From a virus, in IMG/VR virus record IMGVR_UViG_3300023174_004273, positions 1 to 64,000 of that record: a DNA stretch of 64,000 bases. One strand, 5' to 3'. Below, one piece after another: positions 37,751 through 47,600 of the stretch (positions are counted from its first letter, which is position 1; each line of letters starts with the position of its first letter). The notes under the pieces are model-generated. The model ran no database searches. It was not told the DNA's origin and worked only from the letters and a program-made list of their open reading frames with translations. Both the position numbers and the translations under genes were made by a program.

Positions 37751-39140
37751 TCTGTCCCAATAGCTGTTTGAGCTTGCTACTTTGTACGTCGGCTGTGATC
37801 TTGCCTGGCTGATCAGGTGTGGTTGCATTGGCTTCTTCTTCCGAAAGTTTGCTCTTGGCCTTGATGCTTTCGTAGATACTAGGAGCTCGTTTCTTGAACT
37901 CTTGATATCCTTCGTCTTCGGCCAAGTCTCTGATTCTCAGGCTCTCAATATCAAACTCTAAGTCTACCTTTTGCCCCACGCCCGAACTACTACGAGTTTT
38001 CATCAACTGTATCTGATAACGTCCACGCTCACGCATAGCCCGGCTGGTAAAGATACCGAACACATTGTCTGCTGTGTTGATCTTTGAAATACCACCCGAA
38101 ATATGGCTGTGATCGAACTCAATCTCTTCCACAGCCGCACGATTCAACTGACTTGCTGTGACAAACAACACATTGAGTTCTTTGGCCAAGTTACGCAGTT
38201 CTTCCGAAACATATTTGTCTTTGACAAACAAGTCGTTGGGGCTGACCTTGGCACTCACAGGCATGATTAGATCCAAATAGTCCACACACAAAAAATCCAC
38301 ACGCTTGCCTGTTTTGACTTGCAGTTCTTTTAAGTATGCACGGATGTCGTTCACTGTGCTTTGTGCCGGCATGTACTTGATTTGTAGTGCGCCAGACTTC
38401 TTCTGCATCATCTTGACTTTCATTTCTACTGTGTCAATGTCTCGGAAAATCTCTTTGGCCGAAGTATTGGTCATCATTGAATCAATACGCATTGAACATA
38501 AACCTTCACTGAGTTCCAGTGTGATATAACAACCATTGAGTCCGGCCTGTGCCCAGTTCACTGCCAAGTTCTGCATGAACAAACTCTTGCCCGAGCCTGA
38601 TCCGCCAGCAAAGATCTGTAGTTCTCCTCGATTGAATCCACCGTACAGCAATCTATCCAGGGCGGGCCAACCTGTGCTGTTTTGTCCGTTGTTGTTTTTC
38701 AATGCCAACAAACGAGCACGTGGATCGTCAAAGTAATCTGTGCCTAAGTCTTTGGTCAGTGATATTTGTACGGCATCTTTGATCAGCTTTTCTACCGGAT
38801 CAAAGTTACCTTTTTCCAGCAAGTCTGCTGATTTCAAGATAGCACGTTCCAGTTCTTGGCGGCGAGTAAAGCCTTCAAACTCTTCCATGAACCAGTCAAG
38901 ATGCCCTTCGTTGATGTCCGGGATCTCTTCTAAGCCTATGTTAGTCACTGCTCGCACTTGTTTGCGGTCTGGCAATGTCTTGTGTTTGTCTGCATGTTCT
39001 TGTATAAACTTGGCTGCCGAACGCAAACTACGATCAAAGTTTTCAGGATTGTAGATGTTTTGCACACGCACAAAGCTCTGTGCATCCTGCATCATGATCT
39101 CAAGAAACAGTCGTTGTACTTCTACTGGATAATCTTTCAT
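37737..39140 (-). CDS. Replicative DnaB-family helicase (T4 gp41-like)
   Basis: GGSGSGKS, ITLE, VDYLDL, TASQLNR, MKTR. Confidence 0.93.
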   Translation of the reverse strand: MKDYPVEVQRLFLEIMMQDAQSFVRVQNIYNPENFDRSLRSAAKFIQEHADKHKTLPDRKQVRAVTNIGLEEIPDINEGHLDWFMEEFEGFTRRQELERAILKSADLLEKGNFDPVEKLIKDAVQISLTKDLGTDYFDDPRARLLALKNNNGQNSTGWPALDRLLYGGFNRGELQIFAGGSGSGKSLFMQNLAVNWAQAGLNGCYITLELSEGLCSMRIDSMMTNTSAKEIFRDIDTVEMKVKMMQKKSGALQIKYMPAQSTVNDIRAYLKELQVKTGKRVDFLCVDYLDLIMPVSAKVSPNDLFVKDKYVSEELRNLAKELNVLFVTASQLNRAAVEEIEFDHSHISGGISKINTADNVFGIFTSRAMRERGRYQIQLMKTRSSSGVGQKVDLEFDIESLRIRDLAEDEGYQEFKKRAPSIYESIKAKSKLSEEEANATTPDQPGKITADVQSSKLKQLLGQIKAN

Positions 39141-39154
39141 ATTGGCTTCTCGTT

Positions 39155-39853
39155 TTATGTATCTATTTCGTCGATCACATCTAAAATCATATCAGCGACC
39201 AAAGCATGTGTGTCTGGGCCTGGATGTGTGTCTAGAGGTGCGTTGTCCTTTTGCATGTCATTGATGCTGACCCAAGGGTTGATCCATTGTGTCCAATCAA
39301 CCAACTCAAGATTGTTTCTTAACCGTTCGCTATAATCTTCAATCTCTGCCACGGCCAGACCTTGATACAAGCTCTGTGCATACACGCTGTGATCTGCACC
39401 TATGAGCATGTCTTCGGTCCACGGAATCATGCCGTTTACAAACCAAATATCACTGCTGGCATCATCGGCCATTTGTTGTAGTATTCTAGTGTAATCTATC
39501 AAGTTCATTATATTACTATAATCGTGATTGAGCAACTGATACTGGGCAACAAATGTTCTATCCACTATGTTATTGTCACTGTGGCTGCCAATATAGAATC
39601 CTTGTTTGGGACTTGGGTATACCCAATGTCTATGCAAAGCACTCCATTGAACAATGTAGGCGTCATGATTTCTATCCAGCAATGCCTTGGCGGCACGGAT
39701 AAAGATCTTGTGATTGCTGGATCCGCCTTCGGCCTGATTGTCTGCGTGAGATCTCATTGCTGTTGCAACTAGATTAGGATATATCCTATGATCTTGTTGC
39801 TGTGCTGGATAACCGGCACCCATTGTGATACTACATCCGCCAAAGTAAATCAT
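39155..39853 (-). CDS. SGNH-hydrolase-like protein
   Basis: GCSIT, GGSSN, D.HPG..TH. Confidence 0.55.
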   Translation of the reverse strand: MIYFGGCSITMGAGYPAQQQDHRIYPNLVATAMRSHADNQAEGGSSNHKIFIRAAKALLDRNHDAYIVQWSALHRHWVYPSPKQGFYIGSHSDNNIVDRTFVAQYQLLNHDYSNIMNLIDYTRILQQMADDASSDIWFVNGMIPWTEDMLIGADHSVYAQSLYQGLAVAEIEDYSERLRNNLELVDWTQWINPWVSINDMQKDNAPLDTHPGPDTHALVADMILDVIDEIDT

Positions 39854-40557
39854 AACCACCCCAACTGTTGGATCCTAGGTTGCAGAACTTGTTCCCACCA
39901 ATGTTGATTGCCATCAGCACCATAGTGCCCATGCCAACCAAACTGTTCATAGTCTACAGGACGATGAACGCCTTTGTTGATGCTATAATAGGTATCATTG
40001 AATATGATGCTGTGTGGATCAGCCAGGAACCTTCTTTGTATGTTACCCAGCACTGGCCAATCAGTTTCGGGTTGGAAAGGTTCTGCTAGATTAACAATCA
40101 GATAACGCTGTGTCCATCCCAGGATATACCTAGACAGTAAAAATAGCTCACGCAAGGTCTGTGCTTCTTGCCAACTGCGATTCCAACTCATCACGTATCC
40201 TTTGCCCAGTTGATGAGTGGTCACTTGGCGCAAGCCATCGTGTTCGCGTAGTTCAGGCTGGTCCATGAGCTTGAGATTACCAAAGAATCTATGGTATCTT
40301 GGAGGCTGGCCTTCAGTGTCATACACTGTAAAACGTTCAATGGGTGGCACACCTATCACGACATAGTCATTGGGTGTGAACCCTGCACCGGCTACGATGA
40401 GATGCGATATACTGTCTATGTTATTTCCGGGCCAGCTGTAGTTTTCCACCGAGTCAACTTGCAAGGCCTGCGCCATCAGACCCCACCATGATTCCTGCGG
40501 ATCAACACAAAATCCCGGAGTGCTATAGCTGTCGCCGTATACGATCAATCTAGACAT
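39850..40557 (-). CDS. SGNH-hydrolase-like protein
   Basis: GDSYS, PGNN, C-terminal GH. Confidence 0.55.
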   Translation of the reverse strand: MSRLIVYGDSYSTPGFCVDPQESWWGLMAQALQVDSVENYSWPGNNIDSISHLIVAGAGFTPNDYVVIGVPPIERFTVYDTEGQPPRYHRFFGNLKLMDQPELREHDGLRQVTTHQLGKGYVMSWNRSWQEAQTLRELFLLSRYILGWTQRYLIVNLAEPFQPETDWPVLGNIQRRFLADPHSIIFNDTYYSINKGVHRPVDYEQFGWHGHYGADGNQHWWEQVLQPRIQQLGWL

Positions 40558-41509
40558 GGAGTTTCCTTACAAGATTTTTCTTGGACATCTCTATGCGTAT
40601 GCGATTTGTATTTCTAGCTTCAAATATACTCAACAACGTGGCTGTTCGACCATAACGGCGCACAGCATCATTGACGTCTTTGACATCTGCAGGCCAGTTA
40701 GGTATGCTCACGGCCCAACCCAGTTCAAGAGCACGATCTACCAACTTCATTCCTGCTTCATCTTGATCAGGAACCACTGTGATTTCACGTCCTAGACTGC
40801 GTATCAACTTTACTTGTGCATCATTGATTTCGGCATGTAGCACAGCTAGGCCGCTGACACTGAGTGCGTCAAACACACCTTCCATGACTAACACATGTTG
40901 CCAAGTGTCACGTTGCAGATCTGTACCAAACACATAACCATGCTGTATGTCTTGTATGTATTTGGGTGTACGATCATCTAAGAATCTAGTGGTGTGACCA
41001 ACCACTTGATTGTCGTGTGTAAACGGTATGACGATACCTGGCCTTGGCATGGTTTTATACAGGAAAGGATAGTCTGTGGGCATGCAACGATCATTGAGAT
41101 ATTGTTGCGCGATGTCGTTCAAAGGTTGTGTGTCTGCTGGCAAGTCTCGATCTTCAAACTCTATGCCCTGTAACTTTTGTGATATCTGTTGTCTCTCATT
41201 GAGTATGCCTTCGATATTGCGATGACGTAGACTTTCAAGATTGATACGTTCGATCTCATTGCGATCTACATTGAGCCAGCTCAATAGTTTGCGTGCCTTG
41301 AATGACAAGTTGCGTCCCAACACAAAGCTGGCAGTGAATCCACAGTTAAAGCAGTGGTAACTCCATCCTTGATCTGTGGTCTTGATGCCACCACGCTGGC
41401 GCCGGTCAGCACTTTCACCGTTGTGTACACAACAGGGAGCATTGAAGCTTATCCAGCCAGAGCTAGTGCTTTTGCGTTTGTTGGGAAGATAAGAAAGGAC
41501 ATCGATCAC
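40550..41509 (-). CDS. DNA primase (T4 gp61-like)
   Basis: Zn finger (PCC..HCFNC), EGVFDA, PDQD, KDVND TOPRIM motifs. Confidence 0.9.
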   Translation of the reverse strand: MIDVLSYLPNKRKSTSSGWISFNAPCCVHNGESADRRQRGGIKTTDQGWSYHCFNCGFTASFVLGRNLSFKARKLLSWLNVDRNEIERINLESLRHRNIEGILNERQQISQKLQGIEFEDRDLPADTQPLNDIAQQYLNDRCMPTDYPFLYKTMPRPGIVIPFTHDNQVVGHTTRFLDDRTPKYIQDIQHGYVFGTDLQRDTWQHVLVMEGVFDALSVSGLAVLHAEINDAQVKLIRSLGREITVVPDQDEAGMKLVDRALELGWAVSIPNWPADVKDVNDAVRRYGRTATLLSIFEARNTNRIRIEMSKKNLVRKLHV

Positions 41510-42246
41510 TCTAACATTTTAGCATATTTTATGTGTTCAATCAAGTGATCTGCTATGAGTTGATGGCCTTTTTCATTGGGATGACCACCTCGAGCAAATG
41601 GTTCTACTCCAAGATCGGTTTTCTTTTGGTGTAGTATTTCTCGGAAACTCAGTCCTGGATAGATCAGACTGGGAACCGTGACACCATAGCGATTGGGCAA
41701 CACCGAGAACTGTACCACTGGTATGCCGTAACGGCTAGTGGATTGATCAAACAAGTTGATTGACGTTTGGAAGTTGTATTCCGCCCAGTCGGTATGGAAG
41801 CTCATCCCCAACCAAAGTTTCTGTAGTTTAAACCAGTTGTCATCAATGTCAGGATTGGGTTGAGTGAGCCAGGTGCCGTGCATGTGTCTGTTCCATTGTG
41901 GATCTCTGCGACTGATTTCGTGCAAGGGATTGAACCAGCTCTGACGAGTGGCATCTGTGTGACCTACTAGGAATAACACATCATCTGTGCTTTGTCCGTT
42001 GCGTAGGTACCACATAAAGTTCCAGCGCATGCTTTCCAGGCTGGACCCAGGAAAGGCCATGTTGTCTAGTTCTAGATCAAAATGTTTGGCCACTAGTCCA
42101 GCATAACAATGGTCTAATCTATAAGGTCTGTTTTGATCATAATGGTCTCTGAAATCTGCGTCAGACAGATCTCGAAACTCTGGTGCGACCAGTTCATCGC
42201 CATAGCTCCAACTATCGCCAAAAACTACCAGTTTACGTATCTTCAT
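41506..42246 (-). CDS. SGNH-hydrolase-like protein
   Basis: GDSWS, PGSS, GHPNEKGH. Confidence 0.6.
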   Translation of the reverse strand: MKIRKLVVFGDSWSYGDELVAPEFRDLSDADFRDHYDQNRPYRLDHCYAGLVAKHFDLELDNMAFPGSSLESMRWNFMWYLRNGQSTDDVLFLVGHTDATRQSWFNPLHEISRRDPQWNRHMHGTWLTQPNPDIDDNWFKLQKLWLGMSFHTDWAEYNFQTSINLFDQSTSRYGIPVVQFSVLPNRYGVTVPSLIYPGLSFREILHQKKTDLGVEPFARGGHPNEKGHQLIADHLIEHIKYAKMLE

Positions 42247-43238
42247 CTAAATGCGATGCTGGTTATAAATCCATTGTTGATGGCAGCGTTGGGGTTGTTG
42301 ACATAGCCTTCGCCGCCGGTGATGACAAAAGCACCAGTGACATTACCACCCGATGCTTCTGCATAGGCCGTGGCTCCGGTACCTTCGCCGTGGATATCAA
42401 TGTTGGGCAGTGGTGTAGACAACCACTGGCTACCTTGGTTGTTCATGGTGATATTTGTAACTGTGCCGCCGCTGACTATGACATTGCCAACCTTGGCTTT
42501 GTATCCATATTGATTGATCTCAAAACGCACATAGTTGTGATAGCCTTCTATGTTCCAATGATCACGTTCTTCTCTATTGATATACTGACGCTGGCTACCA
42601 ATGTCATACCATGGGCCCAGTTGTGTGTTAGAGCCTTGTGGTTTCACGTTGCCTGAAAAGTTGTCAAAAGTCATCTGGAATGTGACCAGGGGCCGTCCTT
42701 GTACATACACAGCCGAAGTGTGATTACGATTGGGATTATCCAAACTGATTTCTGGGTTGGTAGGCACAGTCATTATTTCGCTGGGCACAAAAGCAGGGTA
42801 CACGCTGTCTACTACATCAGCTTTGCCTCGGCCGCCTGAGTATGCATCAGAAAACACAGGCTCATAAAGGTCACTGGTCACTGTGTTGCGCTCAAGGCTC
42901 CAGCCCACAGGTTGTGCATCTATTTCATCTAAGTCAGTTGACAGTAGTGTTACTTTGGCTCGTCCATAGGTGGCGTTTAGGATTTCCAAATCTTTGGTCA
43001 ACAACAGTATGTCTCCGTTGGTACTGATCAATCTAAATGTAATGGTACTGCCCGTGATATTCACAGGCTTTTCGTCTTGGTTGACGAACTGAAATAGTAT
43101 GACGTTGTCCACGCCACGATGTATCTTTAAGTTTTTTGTGTACACAGGTTGCCACCTCCGGTCAAAGTAAGCACCACTGGTATCAATCAATAATACCTGT
43201 TGTTTTTGCTGATATAAATAGGCAGTGGTAGAATACAT
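42243..43238 (-). CDS. Probable virion protein (Ig/BppU-like N-terminus)
   Basis: RGVDN.I.F...NQD.KPVNITG; C-terminal G.GATA..A/GGEGY beta repeat. Confidence 0.5.
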   Translation of the reverse strand: MYSTTAYLYQQKQQVLLIDTSGAYFDRRWQPVYTKNLKIHRGVDNVILFQFVNQDEKPVNITGSTITFRLISTNGDILLLTKDLEILNATYGRAKVTLLSTDLDEIDAQPVGWSLERNTVTSDLYEPVFSDAYSGGRGKADVVDSVYPAFVPSEIMTVPTNPEISLDNPNRNHTSAVYVQGRPLVTFQMTFDNFSGNVKPQGSNTQLGPWYDIGSQRQYINREERDHWNIEGYHNYVRFEINQYGYKAKVGNVIVSGGTVTNITMNNQGSQWLSTPLPNIDIHGEGTGATAYAEASGGNVTGAFVITGGEGYVNNPNAAINNGFITSIAFR

Positions 43239-43261
43239 TATAATAATTCCTTAAGATATTT

Positions 43262-43639
43262 ATGGGCACAGAGATCTTCGCCAAAATAGCAGAACGATAT
43301 CCTTTCATAACCTTTTGCACCTACGCCGGTAACGAATACATTGGCGTGGTGCAAAATCGCGATGACGCTGTCACGACCATATACGACTTTGGAAATATAC
43401 AGCATGCTGAGCTTAAAAAGCTGTTTTTAGAACTGGCCAATCAGTGGTGGTGGGAGTCAAATCGTAGCATACCCATCAATATATTCCTCAAGCAGGACTG
43501 GGAAGTATTCCGCCCTTATCTACGAACTTTTGTCAACAAAGATCTGGAAATATTGCACGGTCCATGCACCAGTCTCATTGACATCGCCCGCAAAAAAAGC
43601 AAACGTAAATCAATCACCCTGGTCCGCAAAATGGATTAG
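43262..43639 (+). CDS. Hypothetical protein
   Basis: WWWESNRSIPINIFL; TATAAATA at 43213-43220. Confidence 0.65.
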   Translation: MGTEIFAKIAERYPFITFCTYAGNEYIGVVQNRDDAVTTIYDFGNIQHAELKKLFLELANQWWWESNRSIPINIFLKQDWEVFRPYLRTFVNKDLEILHGPCTSLIDIARKKSKRKSITLVRKMD

Positions 43640-44185
43640 ATTCATGTGCAAGGCTACCAGCTGTGCGTAGCCCACTGCATGACTTTTCTTGAAAAAATAA
43701 CTGTCATCTGCAGGACGTGTCCAAATGTCTTGCGAGATCGCGGGCCAGCCGCCCTGTGCTAGATGTCGCTTGGCCGGGCGTATCACAGCAAGGAACATGG
43801 CCATCCTGGGTATACTATCGGGCTGTAACTGTTGAACGAGATCATAATGATTGCCAATGTGTACTATCTTTTCGCAAAACTCGCGTTCTTGTAACCTATG
43901 CCAAGGCACAGGAGCAGCCAGCATTTCATCATAGTGTGCTTGATCTCGTATCAGCTGATACACAGTCATGTTTAACAAGTCAATCTTGAAGTAGCCACGT
44001 TGTTCAGCTTCTTGATAGTCTATGGCCGCACATCCATTTACAGGATCTCGAGGTATGTCTGTGATGTACACACCCGAGTTATGCCGCCGCACCCGCCCAT
44101 CAGTTGTTTGTCGAGCTGGAGTGTGCTGTATTAACTTCAGTACTTGTTCTCTGTCAGCTAGGTCTATGTCGATGTCTGCGCTCAT
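43610..44185 (-). CDS. Miniature DnaE-like protein (palm fragment)
   Basis: ADIDID, HNSGVY, GYFKIDLL, AVIRP, FKKSHAVGYA. Confidence 0.75.
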   Translation of the reverse strand: MSADIDIDLADREQVLKLIQHTPARQTTDGRVRRHNSGVYITDIPRDPVNGCAAIDYQEAEQRGYFKIDLLNMTVYQLIRDQAHYDEMLAAPVPWHRLQEREFCEKIVHIGNHYDLVQQLQPDSIPRMAMFLAVIRPAKRHLAQGGWPAISQDIWTRPADDSYFFKKSHAVGYAQLVALHMNLIHFADQGD

Positions 44186-44868
44186 TACCAACCTGCTTTC
44201 TTTAACATTTCTTTGGCATACTCTTGATCCGCTGGGTAGTCACCAAACTTCTTTTGCCAAAACTCTGGGTCAATCCAAGGCCAAACGATTTTGGTCTGAT
44301 CAGGGTCCATGTTTTCTAACCAAGCCTGTCCACTTTCGCAGTTGTACAGCACCCAGGCACTGATACGACCTGTGCTTACTGCATAGGCCACAGCATTGTC
44401 GTTGCCGTATCTTAGGAAATCATGCGCAGGGTGATCGTGGGTTTCATTCCACTTGATAGAATATTCTATGGCACGAGCCAGCGCATCTGTCACTGATTCT
44501 CGACGTAGGTAATCGGTGAGATATTCTGTATAGATAGAATCTTTGCACCAGTGATCAATCTTTTTATTTTTTTCAACTACCCAGTCAATGAAACGTGCAG
44601 TATTCACAGCGTTGATGGCCACACAATGACGACCAAACTTGACAAAGGCTCGATAGTACGGACTAGTAGCAAAGTCATCAAACGTTTTTAGTTTGGCCGA
44701 GCCTTGTGTCATTTCATAGAATCTGAGATATGCTTGCAGTCCCAATCGCACTCCAGATTCGTCTTTGCTTTGATAACGTTGTTTTTGTTCGCAGAGATGG
44801 ACAGAGAGGCTGGTCTCTCTCTGGAAATCTTTTTTACAATACTGACATGTATACTTTACCGCTTGCAC
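44185..44868 (-). CDS. Hypothetical protein with N-terminal zinc finger
   Basis: CQYC...HLC. Confidence 0.6.
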   Translation of the reverse strand: MQAVKYTCQYCKKDFQRETSLSVHLCEQKQRYQSKDESGVRLGLQAYLRFYEMTQGSAKLKTFDDFATSPYYRAFVKFGRHCVAINAVNTARFIDWVVEKNKKIDHWCKDSIYTEYLTDYLRRESVTDALARAIEYSIKWNETHDHPAHDFLRYGNDNAVAYAVSTGRISAWVLYNCESGQAWLENMDPDQTKIVWPWIDPEFWQKKFGDYPADQEYAKEMLKKAGW

Positions 44869-44881
44869 AATTTATTATAGC

Positions 44882-46042
44882 TTATTTGAACCAGTTTTGT
44901 ACAGTGCCTTGTCTCGAAATATCATTGGTCACACAGTGGATACCACAGTCCCAAAAATACTTGTGTCGGAACGGCACCACATGAACTTCGATGCCATGCC
45001 GAGCGCAGGCTTGTTCCACACGATCATTATGTGTGCTGACTACAATGTTTTTTGGATCCACGATCAAGATATTGACATCAAACACAGTTTCACTGACTTG
45101 CCCTACCCATTCATCAAAGTAGTGATCTACCATGTGTATGAGGTTGTTGTCCTGTTCAAATCCTGGCATGAACCAGCGTCCTTTGTTGCGCTTCATTGAA
45201 AACTCAAACTCACGCATGTGAGCATAGTTAGAAGGTGGCAAATAGACCACTTCCCAGCCTGGGAATGTGTCTGCGTAAGTGGGCACATCGTTGAGACTGA
45301 TAATCAACCCAGGTGTGACAGGACAATACACAGCATCGCCGTGGCCGCCTGAGTTTACTACGCGATTGACTGTGCGAGGGAACAGTTGATTGACTTGATC
45401 AAGTATGGCCTGTTTGTCATCGTGATAGGTCTGTGTGGCAAAAAATAAGTTTTCACCGATGCGGCTTACAAAACAGCCATTGATAAAATCAAGATCTGTG
45501 TAAACTATTTCATTGCCTTGTTCGCGGATTTCATCAAACACATGGTTATAAAAACCAAGTTTGCCATCAAGATGCTTTTGATCTATGGCACAAAATCTCG
45601 CAAACTTTTCTTTGATCTCGGCAGCATGATTGGGCCAAGCCTCATAGAAATCGCTGGGACGAACATAGTCAGGACAATGTGCCGGTTTGTTTTGTCTATA
45701 AAACACACTCCATGCATGGCTGGCATTGGGCACTTGCGGAACCCAAAAACGATCTTCGATCATTAAAAAATAGTCTCTAGGAGCCGTGGGTGGTTGTACC
45801 CACTTTCCATCGATGTAGAGTTCATCTAGATTGTGTGGAAACTTTGGACGATGTACTTTAACACCAAACTTCTCCGTTAGTAGTTTGATAAGACCTTGAT
45901 AGTCTTCTTCTGTTTCTTCGGCCAGCTTTTCAAAACGATTCCTTGTGTTGGTATCTTTGATCCAGGAATAAAACTCTGGCGGATATGTTTGCCCAACCAA
46001 GCAGACCTTGAGCGGATCCCAATGTTGATATACTGAATACAT
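44882..46042 (-). CDS. Second, divergent amidinotransferase
   Basis: HWDPL, APRD, GHGD, FDVN, CGIHC. Confidence 0.78.
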   Translation of the reverse strand: MYSVYQHWDPLKVCLVGQTYPPEFYSWIKDTNTRNRFEKLAEETEEDYQGLIKLLTEKFGVKVHRPKFPHNLDELYIDGKWVQPPTAPRDYFLMIEDRFWVPQVPNASHAWSVFYRQNKPAHCPDYVRPSDFYEAWPNHAAEIKEKFARFCAIDQKHLDGKLGFYNHVFDEIREQGNEIVYTDLDFINGCFVSRIGENLFFATQTYHDDKQAILDQVNQLFPRTVNRVVNSGGHGDAVYCPVTPGLIISLNDVPTYADTFPGWEVVYLPPSNYAHMREFEFSMKRNKGRWFMPGFEQDNNLIHMVDHYFDEWVGQVSETVFDVNILIVDPKNIVVSTHNDRVEQACARHGIEVHVVPFRHKYFWDCGIHCVTNDISRQGTVQNWFK

Positions 46043-46482
46043 TAGTCTGTTTTTCCTCTATTCTTCATTAGTTCTTTGATGTCAGCTTTGGTCGTTATTG
46101 CAGTCAACGCATCAATGTCACTCATCTTCATTGCAGGATATAACTCTATCAATGCTTTTTTTACTTCACTGTTGCCTGAATCTTTTTTCTTGGGAGCTAT
46201 CCACTGATGCCTGTGTGTGCCCATACCTGGACTCACTGACGTAGCCATGAGCCATTGCAGTTTGGGATGTTTGTTCACGGCAAAGAAATGTTTGTTCAGT
46301 CTTTCGTTGGTTGCTATGACATAGAACTCTTGCAGTTCCCTTGAACCTTGCACACTGGATCCCCAGCGTATCATGAGATAGTTGGAGAACTTTTTCTTTT
46401 CTTCGTCTGTGAGCTCGTTGTAAAAGTCTCGGTTCTTACGATCGAACTGTGTCATCTCATTCTGTATTGACAGTTTGTCCAT
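46042..46482 (-). CDS. Clamp-loader small subunit-like (T4 gp62-like)
   Basis: FSNYLMIRWGS, N..LN, HPKLQW, WI pattern; replication context. Confidence 0.55.
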   Translation of the reverse strand: MDKLSIQNEMTQFDRKNRDFYNELTDEEKKKFSNYLMIRWGSSVQGSRELQEFYVIATNERLNKHFFAVNKHPKLQWLMATSVSPGMGTHRHQWIAPKKKDSGNSEVKKALIELYPAMKMSDIDALTAITTKADIKELMKNRGKTD

Positions 46483-46991
46483 TACCAAGCCTTGTTGTAG
46501 TCAACTATTTCGCAGTTCCTGCTGATGTCCTTGACAAAGTAAACACAGTCAGGTTCAGGATCATTGTTAAGAGGTATACACAGCATCTGCCCGTTCTTGA
46601 GTTTGGGAGCATACCAGGCCACATCATGATACACATCAACTATTTCAATGTCAAGGAAGCTAGGACGGAAACTGGTCAATGGGTTGAACTGGAATGCTTT
46701 GAACCCACGATCGTTGATTGATGTCAATGGTAGCATTTCCAAGTCACCAAGGTCGGGTTCTCCAATCAAGATTTGCCAATCAATGGGCATCTTCACACGG
46801 TGTTCTCCGATTTGTAAGACCAGTGCCGGTGAGTTAAAGCTCTCTAAAAATATTAGTGGTATGTAGTGATAGTCAGGATCTGATGGATCGGAGTTATCCA
46901 GGATCGCAAACCTCATGTCATCCACTTCTTCAGGTAGCGTATCTAAATCATAGGCTGTGTTGTCTAGTGTCAATATTTTCATGTCATTCAT
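46482..46991 (-). CDS. Hypothetical beta-rich protein (possible degenerate Hint fold)
   Basis: Spacing of hydrophobic blocks resembles Hint domains; catalytic residues absent. Confidence 0.45.
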   Translation of the reverse strand: MNDMKILTLDNTAYDLDTLPEEVDDMRFAILDNSDPSDPDYHYIPLIFLESFNSPALVLQIGEHRVKMPIDWQILIGEPDLGDLEMLPLTSINDRGFKAFQFNPLTSFRPSFLDIEIVDVYHDVAWYAPKLKNGQMLCIPLNNDPEPDCVYFVKDISRNCEIVDYNKAW

Positions 46992-47599
46992 TATACAATA
47001 TTATTACGTGTTCCGCGACCAAGGATCACTCCATAATCTCCAGATTTAAGTAGTTGATAACCATTGGCCATCAGATAAGGCACTACCGAACCTCCTTTGC
47101 CTATGTATACACCCTTGTATTCATAGGTATCATCAATACACACAATGCTCTTTGATGCCATACAAGGCAGTAGATACATCATCTGACTTTGGTGATTGAT
47201 TTGGCAGTTAAGATTGGTCATTTCCAGCCCTTTGGTCCGATACCAGTCTTGTTGTTTACGGATTTCGTTGGTGGAACGATCGGGCTCCCAATCCCAATCA
47301 AAGTTATCTAAATACAATACCTTGATTCTTAAAGACAGTAGGTCAAAGGATTTGCACCAAAGGCTGGCATCTGCACAAACAAAATCAACTCTATTGAGGT
47401 AATCCTTATTTACAGTTTTTGTCACCCGGTGGTAAGCTTCTGGATCAAGATCTACCGTGATCAGCCTGGTGTTATGTGTGTTGGCTAGATCAGCAAAGTA
47501 GGCTGTGCTACCCTCCCAACGATCACTGCCCAGTTCAACTATGATATCATCAAACGTACCATGAAGATATCGCCCAACCTGTTGATAAAGTTTACCCAT
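46991..47599 (-). CDS. Class I SAM-dependent methyltransferase-like
   Basis: IVELGS, TVDLD, LYLD, IDDT..GKG. Confidence 0.7.
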   Translation of the reverse strand: MGKLYQQVGRYLHGTFDDIIVELGSDRWEGSTAYFADLANTHNTRLITVDLDPEAYHRVTKTVNKDYLNRVDFVCADASLWCKSFDLLSLRIKVLYLDNFDWDWEPDRSTNEIRKQQDWYRTKGLEMTNLNCQINHQSQMMYLLPCMASKSIVCIDDTYEYKGVYIGKGGSVVPYLMANGYQLLKSGDYGVILGRGTRNNIV

Positions 47600-47600
47600 G

